DNA of 64,000 nt from the NCBI GenBank assembly GCA_002633005.1, contig NMRA01000433.1, forward strand, positions 62,001 through 126,000, written 5' to 3'. This DNA comes from Phoronis australis. Taxonomy: Eukaryota > Animalia > Phoronida. The position numbers and the translations under genes were made by a program. This document shows positions 13,500 through 25,191 of this stretch, one piece after another. Under the pieces are notes generated by a model. That model was not told the origin of the DNA and ran no database searches. It saw only the letters and a program-made list of their open reading frames with translations. How positions within the stretch are numbered: position 1 is the first letter of the stretch; each line of letters begins with the position of its first letter.

Positions 13500-13830
13500 T
13501 CGTCTACAACATCGTCTTCATAAACATCATCATATTCTAATCACCATCACCGTCAACATACATGCAACGACCATCATCATAACCACCACCACCATCATTA
13601 TCATTATTATGCTGGTCATCATCGTAATCGTCATTACCATTACCAACAAAATCACCATCATCATCGTCGTCGCCGTCATTATTATTATGATCATCATCGT
13701 AATCATCAATATCATCATCGCCAAAATCACCACCATCTTCATCATCGCCGCTACTATCATTATCATCACCTTTATTCCCAACATCATCACAATCGCTCTC
13801 GTCATCATCATCATCATCATCATCATCATA
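13500..13830 (+). repeat. Degenerate (ATC/CAT)n microsatellite (second copy 14985..15240)
   Basis: Low-complexity catcat/accatc tract that generates the poly-Ile/His/Met pseudo-ORFs. Confidence 0.9.
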
Positions 13831-16369
13831 GTGCCGCTGAGACTTTGTTACAATTGCAGGTCATGTCACGTTATTAAGTGCAACCATAACAGGCGCTGCT
13901 CGGGCGGAATACGTCAGTCAATTACGTCAACACGAGAATACATTACTCTGCATAACTTTGACGTTCTCCGATTCCAAATACTTCTGGTTAATTACGAAGA
14001 AGTAAAACCTTCGTGTAGATTACTTCGATACAACAAGTTCCGGCGATTGCAGTAGTCGTGGATTCCTGATTCCATTATGCACACCTTGTAATTTCACTGG
14101 ATATTTTCATCTTCTTTTCATTTACATACCTGGGCACAGCAATTTATTTATTCCAATGCTCACAGAAATCTAATTGCGCATCTCTCGCGGTATTTTAACG
14201 TGGTGTTAATACAGGTCACACCGAATGGACTGTGTTGGAAATTAATGGATTTACTAAAGTGGTGACCCGGTTTTTAAATAAGTTTAAACAATTGCAACAT
14301 GATTATAATGTTAAAAAACAACGATCACTCGCTAATTAATAATGCTTAACACAATCACAGACTGGCATAAATGTTTGTGCCAATACCGTTCAGTTATTTC
14401 ATTAAGTAACCATTCAGAACTTTGCGCGTTTTGTGAAAAGTTCACCCACCTATACATGTAATATGTGCGTGTAATCGAGTGTCCTGTTCAACAATTGGTC
14501 ATTTTACCCCCCTCCCATCCCCAGGAAACGACCAGAACAAAACAACTTCGCCATTAAGTTTGTGTGCGTTACACTGACATATGTTTTCAAAAAATCGGGT
14601 TCGATCTGCCTCCAAGATACGCATCGTAGATACGTGAATGTGATGACAGTGGTTGCACAGTTCAGTGTAGACATTTAGACCAATGTTCAACTCTGTTCTA
14701 GTTTAGTAACTGATGTAAATAGACATTTAAGCATCTCTCTAATATCTATGCTACATGTATGTAACATTCGTCAAGCCTCAAACGTTTAATCCCGTTCGAA
14801 AGCCTCTTGCAATTTCTGCCAAACTGAAGGCGTGATTAACGGTATTTGTAAACAAGTCAACGCAGATGCGACGGAAATTGTCACACACCTTCCAAACCAC
14901 TGCAGTTGATATTCTCCGTGGCCGTGAAGTCCCGGAGGGTGACTTTATCTCCCCACGCACGCACAGTCATATTGATAGCTTCCNACCATCATCATAACCA
15001 CCACCACCATCATTGTCATTATTATGCTGATCATCATCGTAATCGTAATTATCATTATCAACAAAATCACCATCATCATCGTCGTCGCCGTCATTATTAT
15101 TATGATCATCATCGTAATCATCAATATCATCATCGCCAAAATCACCATCATCTTCATCATCGCCGCTACTATCATTATCATCACCTTTATCTCCAACATC
15201 ATCACAATCGCTCTCGTCATCATCATCATCATCATCATAGTGCCGCTGAGATTTTGTTACAATTGCAAGTCATGTCACGTTATTAAGTGCAACCATAACA
15301 GGCGCTGCTCGGGCGGAATACGTCAGTCAATTACGTCAACACGAGAATACATTACTCTGCATAACTTTGACGTTCTCCGATTCCAAATACTTCTGGGTAA
15401 TTACGAAGAAGTAAAACCTTCTTGTAGATTATTTCGATACAACAAGTTCCGGCGATTGCAGTAGTCGTGGATTCCTATTTCCATTATGCACACCTTGTAA
15501 TTTCACTGGATATTTTCATCTTCTTTTCATTTACATACCTGGGCACAGCAATTTATTTATTCCAATTGCGCATCTCTCGCGGTATTTTAACGTGGGGTTA
15601 ATACAGGTCACACCGACTGGACTGTGTTGGAAATTAATGGATTTACTAAAGTGGTAACCCTATTTTTAAATAAGTTTAAACAATTGCAACATGATTATAA
15701 TGTTAAAAAACAACGATCACTCGCTAATTAATAATGCTTAATACAATCGTAGACTGGCATAAATGTTTGTGCCAATACCGTTCGGTTATTTCATTAAGTA
15801 ACCATTCAGAACTTTGCGCGTTTTGTGAAAAGTTCACCCACCTATAATATGTGCGTGTAATCGAGTGTCCTGTTCAACAATTGGTCATTTTACCCCCCTC
15901 CCATCCCCTGGAAACGACCAGAACAAAACAACTTCGCCTTTAAGTTTGTGTGCGTTACACTCACATATGTTTTCAAAAAATCTGGTTCTATCGGCCTCCA
16001 AGATACGCATCGTAGATACGTGAATGTGATGACAGTGGTTGCACAGTTCAGTGTAGACATTTAGACCAATGTTTAACTCTGTTCTAGTCTAGTAACAGAT
16101 GTAAATAGGCATTTAAGCATCTCTCTAATATCTATGCTACATGTATGTAACATTCGTCAAGCCTCAAGCGTTTAATCCCGTTCGAAAGCCTCTTGCAATT
16201 TCTGCCAAACTGAAGTCGTGATTAACGGTATTTGTAAACAAGTCAACGCAGATGCGACGGAAATTGTCACATACCTTCCAAACCACTGCAGTTGATATTT
16301 TCCGTGGCCGTGAAGTCCCGGAGGGTAACTTTATCTCCCCACGCACGCACAGTCATATTGATAGCTTCC
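13570..16369 (+). repeat. ~1.4-kb tandem duplicate (13570..14983 vs 14985..16369) joined by a single n; probable allelic/haplotype assembly duplication
   Basis: Near-identical copies differing by a few SNPs and small indels. The junction is exactly the n at 14984, and copy 1 truncates GH3 exon 4 in mid-exon. Confidence 0.85.
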
Positions 16370-16423
16370 ATGAATGAGCTCTCTGGAGTCTTCTCCCAAG
16401 ATGCATTCAAGATTTGACCAATT
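16275..16423 (-). CDS. GHDC: GH3 paralog B, exon 4
   Basis: ttttgtcag|A...G|gtatgt, 149 bp, phase 2 to 1. Encodes (R)IGQILNASWEKTPESSFMEAINMTVRAWGDKVTLRDFTATENINCSGLE (GH3 R.GQ.LN..EKT hinge). The partial duplicate at 14889..14983 differs at two synonymous sites. Confidence 0.9.
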
Positions 16424-17451
16424 CTGACAAAAATGAAACCATTTCAAACCACTTTCTTCATAACACACCATCCCTAAACGAACCTATTCCTGCTAAAATT
16501 TCAAGCCAAAACCCAATTAGAATTGTTAACTGAAGCGCAAGTTTCAATTACCCCATTCCCTGCCAACACAATAGAGAGCCAGCTGGCTGGCCTGCCTCAG
16601 TTAAGATGGCATCATAAAATTCTCCAACTGAATAGAACTACTTCTGACCTTCCCTTTGACCCTGATTTTCGTGTGGAGGACAATCAGAAACCTCTTATAT
16701 GGTAGTTACATTGGCTGACAACGAATTTTGTAGAAATGACACATCCCAATACTGTAGGTTGGTTTTACTTATATTGAAATTATTCAAAATGAAATAAAAT
16801 AACATAAAAGCTACGCAATATATCTAATCAGACAGTTTTTATTTTTTAAAACATACATAAAAATACATATAATAAGGATAAGGAAGCAGCTTTGCCTGAG
16901 AAAATAAACATGGGCTGTACAATAGTCTATTTTATGAAAAAAATAATGAGAATCTAGTGATCAAGTGAGATCTGTTAACAAATACACAACATACATCTAC
17001 ATAAGTGCTGCATATCAACACGTATAAATACCACAAATTCTATCTTACAAAATATACACCTGTTTAGGTAGTGAGCTTCCAAAATATGATCTACTAAATA
17101 CTTATTATCGGAGGAAGAAATGGACAAGTACCATTGTGGTAAAAGGAAAACATTAGGCATACCTTTAATCGCATTTGTTTGGGCCAAAATATGAGTACGA
17201 ACTTTAAAATCATCGCATATGTAAAAAACGGCATATTTATCGACGCTTCAATATATCCCAATAAAAAAATCACAATATTGCAATCAGGTGACAGGTGTAG
17301 AACAGACTGTACAGGTACACAAGAGACAATAAACCAAAATTTCGATCAGTATGTCGTTTACATATGTGCTGATTTTAAAGTTCGTACGAATATCTTTAAG
17401 CCTGCTATTTAGGTTTTGGCAGAAATACTTTTCACCACTTGGATTCATATT

Positions 17452-17815
17452 CACGGGTGAGAAACAACATGACCTCCGGTCCTCTTAAATCGGACCGCCT
17501 CACCCAAAACAGGACCTCCGGGGATCAAATGGGACCGCGCACCAGAAAATGGGACTGACGCCCCTAAAAACATGACCGCCCCACCAGAAAACAGGACCGC
17601 CGGGGACTGAACATGATCGCCCGGGATAGAAACCGCATATTGTCCTGCGGTCATGTTCAGTCCCCGGCGTTCCTGTTTTGTGGTGGAGCGGTCATGTTTT
17701 TAGGTGCGTCAGTCCCATTTTCTGGTGCGACGGTCCCATTTGATCCCCGGAGGTCCTGTTTTGGGTGAGTCAATCCGAGTTAGAGGACCGGCGGTCATGT
17801 TGTTTCTCACCCCAG
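17452..17815. mobile_element. ~364-bp foldback (hairpin) MITE in GH3-B intron 3
   Basis: Arms of ~170 bp are near reverse complements (gggtgagaaacaacatgacc ... ggtcatgttgtttctcaccc), built of ~22-23-bp AAAxxGGACC-type subunits. ATATT lies on both flanks. Confidence 0.85.
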
Positions 17816-18462
17816 ATATTCCAATACAAGGAGGTGTTATTAAAGGATTACGTACGTGACCAAGCAGCACAAGCAGCTGGCCTGAATTGAATGGGCTATT
17901 GTGTTCGCATTAGCTAACTCCAACCGTTGGAAGATGGTCGTCCGACGGTCAATTTTCAGCTGGACTGGGTGCGTCATAGACAACAGATTCGCAACTCCGG
18001 CATATGCTTACGTGCTGAGCTGAACTCTCCTGACCTTTCTGGTGCAGTTTCCGGTTAGTGTATTTTGACGAGAAATACTTGCATCTACTTTACTGTCCAA
18101 AACAACGAAAAAAATATTAATTTCTGCATTGAAACGCTTTTCAAAGTCTTTCAATACTAGATGTGTTGGTATTGTGAGTACTTTTGGTAATGCTACTGGT
18201 AATTAATTACAAAATTCAAACTTCGGTGCCGACTGATTATGCCGTCTGCTTACCCAATATCAGCATAGTTATCGGACAGTTTTTGATTTATGGTTCACAT
18301 AGGCCTACTGAGAAAACTACGAAAGCATGTTTATAAACAGTGGCGGATCTAGGATATCACAAGGGGGGGGCCCAACATTTTGTCCGGCTGTAAGCATTTG
18401 CGCAAACTGAACCAAGATTGTAGATAAGCATTGCACCGTATGGGGGGAGGTCGGGAGGGGGG

Positions 18463-18966
18463 NNNNNNNNNNNNNNNNNNNNNNNNNNNNNNNNNNNNNN
18501 NNNNNNNNNNNNNNNNNNNNNNNNNNNNNNNNNNNNNNNNNNNNNNNNNNNNNNNNNNNNNNNNNNNNNNNNNNNNNNNNNNNNNNNNNNNNNNNNNNNN
18601 NNNNNNNNNNNNNNNNNNNNNNNNNNNNNNNNNNNNNNNNNNNNNNNNNNNNNNNNNNNNNNNNNNNNNNNNNNNNNNNNNNNNNNNNNNNNNNNNNNNN
18701 NNNNNNNNNNNNNNNNNNNNNNNNNNNNNNNNNNNNNNNNNNNNNNNNNNNNNNNNNNNNNNNNNNNNNNNNNNNNNNNNNNNNNNNNNNNNNNNNNNNN
18801 NNNNNNNNNNNNNNNNNNNNNNNNNNNNNNNNNNNNNNNNNNNNNNNNNNNNNNNNNNNNNNNNNNNNNNNNNNNNNNNNNNNNNNNNNNNNNNNNNNNN
18901 NNNNNNNNNNNNNNNNNNNNNNNNNNNNNNNNNNNNNNNNNNNNNNNNNNNNNNNNNNNNNNNNNN
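18463..18966. other. Assembly gap (other gaps 44109..44226 and 47095..47614)
   Basis: Runs of n. The left flank has a hAT-MITE-like terminus cagtggcggatctagg at ~18338. Confidence 0.99.
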
Positions 18967-20330
18967 CTCGAATGGGCTTCATTTTACCAAGTATTTCAAA
19001 TTGAGGTGAAGTAAATAAACAAAGTAGGTGATTATCATCACCAGAATTTCATCATTAGTATCTTTTGCCGGGTGCTCAAATTTTCTGAGACTAGGGATTG
19101 TCAGGTTTGTAAGGTAGAAGTGTTTCGCTGGATTTCCAGGTCTGTGGCGTTATTTATACCGGACCAAAATTAAAAAAACAGACCTTTGTTTAAATCAGGA
19201 GCTGCATGATACACATTTATTAGACGTGCGCAGGCATTGCACTGATCACTTGGAACCATTTTTATGGTTTATTAATATATAGTTAAACCAAGCTGACGAG
19301 CTTGAAACCTGATTCACGGCAATTTTGGCAGTGGTATTTTCTGAAAAATGCTCGTTAGTTGACAACAAAGTTTGATAGCAATGCACTGCAGTTTTGTAGA
19401 AACTCTGTTCATAGGTTACGGATGCGTCACATGCCGTAACTTTGGTGAATTCTAGCTTACTGTACAATTTCACTTGTTTCGGAGACCGGGTTTCAACCGC
19501 TTTTGGGCTATAATAAGCGTCCCCTTCCTGAAGCGGATTTTTCTAAGCGCCGTGGCCGCTTATTAGGGCGCATACGGTAATAATTCAGAATGACAATACT
19601 TAGTATCCTTTATGCGCGGGCCCCTTTTGTTACATTAGGAGTGGGATTGGCTCATTATGTACCCTAAAAGTGGCATAGGACTTTACAAAACTGGTTGAAG
19701 AATTTTGTTTTCGTCATAAACGTTCGTTTCAAATGCTTAAGTTTAGAAATAGTAGGACTTAAGACGGGAATTTAAAAAACCATATGTCTGCTTACAAAAA
19801 ATTTAACATTGAAGAATAAAAACAGCCTTTACACCCCTCTGGTGTTCCTGTTCCATGTTTTCAAAGAAGTTGGGTGCATTTTCATAGACTGCAGTTGAGA
19901 GATTTTGTGCGGCATATATTCGACATGAAATGAGTGTGTAACCCGCTGTTGAATTGCGAGATAGATTTTGACTGATCCGGGTGGTTATATATGAAGTATT
20001 TATGTAATCGTTGTTTATGTTAAAGGTTTTACCAGCGTTCTATTTATTTGTACACGAATGTGAATTTGTTGAAATCGCTGATCCAAATCCTGGCCAAATG
20101 TGCGCATTCTGCTGAGAGCAACCGTCTGATCAGGACCAGCAAAGAGTAATTTGGTTAATTCGCTCAATAGGTTATGGCTGAACTTCCTTGTAAGGACAAG
20201 AGTTTACGAGTCACTACCTTTGGAAGAAATTTAGTGGATAATTTTCGTCAAAAATTTTACCAGATAGTTTTCATTAAAACGGAGAAAACAAAAATGGATT
20301 TGTGAAGACAGGATTAAATAGTAGAGTCTC

Positions 20331-20525
20331 TTAAAAACATTCATCTTCGAAGTGCCTTGAACAAATGTATAAAGTCTTATTGCTGAAACAACTACCATTC
20401 ACGTTGACACACGAAGAAAGGTTTTCTTCCCACAGCCGATTATGGGGTCTTCGGATGGTATGGAAGCTAATTCCTTTGCATTTTGCGTGTGTGACCGAAC
20501 AACCGGCCACACAGTAGCCGACCAT
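20331..20525 (-). pseudogene. THAP zinc-finger remnant (transposon-derived), in GH3-B intron 3
   Basis: MVGYCVAGCS...GISFH...W...ICSRHFEDECF matches the C2CH THAP signature. It stops before the AVPTIF box. Confidence 0.75.
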
Positions 20526-21719
20526 GATAAGCAGACGACGTACCTGCCGGAAATTGCACCAGAAAATTTAGCCAGGTGTCGCCAGTGAATAATGACGTAA
20601 GTGCTTGTGCGTAAGCTCACAGATTTCGTCCATTGAAAGTATACGGAGTTGGCGGTCCATGTACTATAGTCTATGGTCATGTGAATCCTTATGATGCGTT
20701 CTATAAGCACCCTTCTTTACAGGGGCAAGAGATTTTTTTTGAGAAAGGAATACTGAACATATTTTTAGACACACTTTTCATCGAAGGTAAGAATAGAAGT
20801 TTCTCTTGTGTTCCGATTTGCATTTCCAAGAAATCTTAGTACGATGAACTGCTTGTTCCCTGTGGTTTGGTGAGAGTACAGACTGGAGTACAGTATGATA
20901 GCGTGTCTTATTATCCATTAGCAGTCGTCACGGACTGGGTTATGACAAACAGAAAAACAAACGACTACTGTGGAGAATTAGGTCCACTATAGAGAGGCTG
21001 AATTATACGGACACCATTAAACAGTTTCAAAAAAGTGTCAGGTTTGGAATAAAAGACGAGAAGGCGAAACGTTTGCGAATGAGTAATCATGTCTGAGCAG
21101 GGGCAGTGACAGCGAAGGAGAATTAGTTGATATAGCCAACCTCGATGCAGTGGCGACATACCTATGGCCAGAGGATTTCAAATGATCGAATAGGCGCCAA
21201 TACGAAATGAGGACATTGGCACACAAATTGCATTGGCATGTAAATGTATGTACTAGTTATAAGAAAATGTCGTCTTCACCCACATCTCAATGCATTTAAC
21301 TGACAAAACCAATGCTAATCGCTTTTGCACATACACTGTCAATCGATCAACTCTTACCACTGATGACATCACGTTGCGGGAAACCAAAAATCGTTATTTT
21401 TCTTTACAATTTGGAATTCCCAATTATTTCTCAAAGTATTGCAATTGCTTTTTAAGCCCGATTTTATGTTACACTATTGTTATACACGTTCTAAAACCTC
21501 ACAAAGTGTAAAAATCCATTGTAGGGACGCTTTAAGGATATGCCAAACCTAGTAATTCACAAAATGTGGCCGGTTTTAAATTATTTCACATTTCCAGCAA
21601 AATACCTTATCCTCCTATATACTGCGTAGCGAGAAAATTAGATTTCGCAGAACCACCTTGGTTTGTGGTGAACAAGGATGCATCGATGCAGGGAGCGGTG
21701 CTTTAGTACCAGAGCATAT

Positions 21720-21757
<38 letters not shown>
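21720..21757. repeat. (TA)n microsatellite
   Basis: Run of atatatat. Confidence 0.95.
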
Positions 21758-21760
<3 letters not shown>

Positions 21761-22123
21761 CATCTATTCAACTTGGAACATGATTAAGTTTCTGACCAAG
21801 AGTAGCGACGAAGTTGTGACGAATTGCTTCAGATACCTGTACTGGATGACCTCAGTTTCAAATTTCGTGACAAGTCATGATTCCAGATTAAGACCATTTG
21901 CTTCTTTTATACATACTGGTACTCTTTAGTGTTAAAACAATAAATGTAATCCACAAGAATAACACTTCATGGATTTGTTGATATTTTCATTTAAACATTT
22001 TACAGTGAGTATCTGTATTAATTGTTTGGTAAAGTTAATTTTGAACCAAATGTAAATGAAATGCTCACTCGAATAGGCACTTGGTGAATCTACACAGTGG
22101 CACACACTATAACAAACTCTTAC

Positions 22124-22251
22124 CGGTATTTAAACGTGTAAACAGGAACATCTTCGTCAAAGTCCACTACTTCGATCACATCCCCGAGTCGGTATCGGTA
22201 CAAACCAAAGGCAGTAGTTATAACCATCTCATAACTCTTGCCGACCTCAAC
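22124..22251 (-). CDS. GHDC: GH3 paralog B, exon 3
   Basis: gtttag|GTT...CG|gtaaga, 128 bp, phase 0 to 2. VEVGKSYEMVITTAFGLYRYRLGDVIEVVDFDEDVPVYTFKYR contains the diagnostic GLYRYRLGD motif. Confidence 0.95.
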
Positions 22252-23965
22252 CTAAACATGTAAAATGTTGGCGAATGATGAACTGAGTGATCATTCAGCT
22301 CCATTACGACAGAAACTTTGTCTACCGTAAGACAAAGACTCAATTATCCGAAAATGTGCCTTAGCACATTCTGTGCAAATTGGATTAAGAGGTGACTAGC
22401 TGTGTCATAGGCACACGAATAAATACGCTTAAGTACAATTTTATGACGTAACATCCGTAGTACGTTCCCCTCATAATTAGTCTGAATCAGTGATCGAGAT
22501 CGCATATCGAAACGGTAAAGCAGTTGACCAAGAGGCAAATAAACTTATACGTGATGTTTTGAGCACAAAAATTCATTCAGTGGCTAATCGGTAAGTTTCA
22601 AATACAAAAAAATTCTTTCCTGTATAACCTTCATTAGATACGAAAATATTTGCAACTTGTCAGTCGAAGAAGCGTCACCAGCCAATGGGACGGAAGAAGT
22701 GTGGTCAGGTAAGCTGACCTTAACAAAAGCCTCCTTGAGTGTAGCTGACTTTTTCCTAAGATATTTTTCAATATAAGACAAAAGATAGCGTAAGTGGATT
22801 TCGAGGCATAATGGCAGAAGGGTATCGTTGGGCAGTGTCCAACATAATAAAACATATTCTGATCGTTTAACTGGGGGTGTTTTTGGAGAAATAGTCCCCG
22901 GATGAAATATCAAGCTATTTACTGTCTTTTTACACAGTTCCATCTGTTAACAGTTTTACTCCACCTGTCTTGTAGAGAAAAATGTATTATGAGAATGTCT
23001 GCACACTCCACCTCTGAATGATCGGTAAGTTTTGAAACAGAATATATTTTTTCGAATCATGGAAGTAGTGATATAAATGAAAAAATTCGAGTGCGGAAAC
23101 CAAAACAATTTATCAGCATCAGCGAATCACAGTTATTGCAACTGGACACCTACCAAAGGCCGCAGGGTACTTAAGATCGAAACACGTACTGCGGGATGGG
23201 AGCTCTTGCCATTTTTCCGGGAACTCCTATCACGCCCAAAAAATCTTACACTGCAGCACACTCCTTAGAGTGGAACACGAACTCTATTTTCCGTTTCGAA
23301 CCCATCTAGAGTTACTTGCTGTAATTTTTACATAGTATTTTGTGGAGAATGGTATAGACTTCCCTCCCGTGACGATGATTCTGGGTCCTGAAATGTGATC
23401 TGTGGTCCGCGGTACATGTACAATGTATGTCGGTCGTCGTTCTTTTATACTCACCAAGCCCATACTTGTGTTCATTTATCAGAGTCTTGATATCAACAGT
23501 TGAAATGCGGCCCATGTGTGAATTCTGTTCAATGATTCGGAAAAATTTCATTTCGAAACGACTGGATTTAGTCACCTGGATTATAGCAAAGGTATAGAAC
23601 ACGACATCCCTAGTAGCCTGGTACTTGTAACAAAAATTCCAACACTATTATACGACAAAGATGACCCAAAATCTAAAGTACTTTGTTATTCTCACATGTA
23701 AAATACAATGAGAAGAGACGAACACACTCCCGGTAACAAACTAAATCACCGATATGTATGCTGAAAACAAAATGAAAATGGCGAGGGTTTCACAATATTT
23801 CTTTTAACAAGTGCAGAGGGATGCAATGTTCAACGACCTAAATATACAAAAAGTGTATTTGGGTAATTTTGAAGCAACACCAGTATGTAATCGCGGCTAC
23901 CAAAATAGTTATTAAATTTATCAAGTAATTTGGTTACTTGCAGATCTCAACGTACTAATTTGTAC

Positions 23966-25191
23966 CTGTTGTGGCAACACTGTAGAGGGCTGGTCTTCCC
24001 CAACGTCGTCCTCGGGAATAAACTCAAAAAACTTGTCTGTCGACCCCAGGGCATACCGTATGATATTGTCTTCCGGCCAGCAATTGTAACCAATAAACGA
24101 TCCCTCTGTGGACGCATGTAAAGCACTGAAGACTGGGACACCGCCAAAATAGAAGGATAGAATATCGGAATAGTACCTAAAGGAGCCCGACAGCGTACAC
24201 GAAATAAACTTTGCACTGGGCCAAACACGGCCTACAATTGCCTGCATTCCTTTGCTGAACTCGACTCTGAGCTGCTCGGCTCGCACTGGATTTGGCTTCA
24301 AGAGAGATTCAAGGTGCATGCGTTCACGTGGGTGAATTTTAATGTCTTCGCTGATTGATCCTTTCGCAATATCTTTGCAAATGCTTTGCCATTCTTCCTC
24401 GAGGGTTGTGTAAAAAACGTAAGCGCTAGATGCTAGACTATGGACAATCGTAGAAACGGGCTCCTGTAAACAGAATATGGCGGAGACATAATAGAACTCA
24501 CGTTCCGTATAGTTGGTGAGTCTTTTGGGAGAGAAGACAGTTTTTGGAGGGGTAGCGCAGATTGAAGGTTGATTACCCAAGACCACGGCAACAATAGTAC
24601 CCGTATCGACTCCACATTTAGATTTCATTAAGTTAGGAACTGGTACAAGTGTAGCATATCCTTCCAAAGGAAAACTCATCGGTGAATAATCCTTAAATAA
24701 CTTATCTGCAAACAACAATAATTGCATTACGGTATATTTCGAGAACATCAGTTTTCGATTTAACGGGTAAACCTTATTCTTGCCTGATGTACCCGAAGTC
24801 CACGCAAAATAATCAATTGGATACTTGGCGCTAAACATGACATTGGTTTCGCCACTTAAACATCTTTCGACATACGGCCTATAGTGCTCGTATGACGTAA
24901 GAGGATGTCGTGTTCGAAATTCCTCCACTGTTTTGACGTCAGTAAGATTATGATCCACGTTGTATATTGCCTTCGAGTTCAGGTTCAGACACCACAATAG
25001 CAGTCTTTCCTGGTGTTTTGCAATACTGGACTTTGCCGTTGTGCGTGACATCAAACGGGTTGCAAAATACATCATTGCGAAATAAGACCACAAGGCTATT
25101 AATTCCGTGCACGATCGCGAATCACTCGGGTGGCGTTGAGCGACATCCCAACATATCCATCCGCACAGCAACAAAACAGCTACCAACATGC
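23966..25191 (-). CDS. GHDC: GH3 paralog B, large exon 2 (1226 bp)
   Basis: ORF 23921..25189 trimmed to gtttcag|GC and CAG|gtacaa. Contains PLTSYEHYRPYVER, WTSGTSGKNK (P-loop), LHASTEG and FFEFIP. Confidence 0.95.

Noticed and set aside
14889-14983. Second copy of GH3-B exon 4 as a mutually exclusive exon
   Set aside because: It is truncated at the n with no acceptor, and is best explained as an allelic assembly duplicate.
13345-15464. Long poly-Ile, poly-His and poly-Met ORFs (236, 146, 126, 99 and 97 aa)
   Set aside because: They are translations of an intronic degenerate (ATC)n microsatellite, and one overlaps the real GH3 exon 5 on the opposite strand.
18317-19009. ~200-aa ORFs made mostly of X (also 44031..44352 and 47003..47671)
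   Set aside because: Artifacts of reading through N gaps.
25187-25189. ATG at 25189 as the GH3-B start codon, implying a single-exon, prokaryote-like 422-aa gene
   Set aside because: It sits 2 nt after a splice acceptor, paralog A has TTG there, and a conserved upstream coding exon plus four downstream exons complete the protein.
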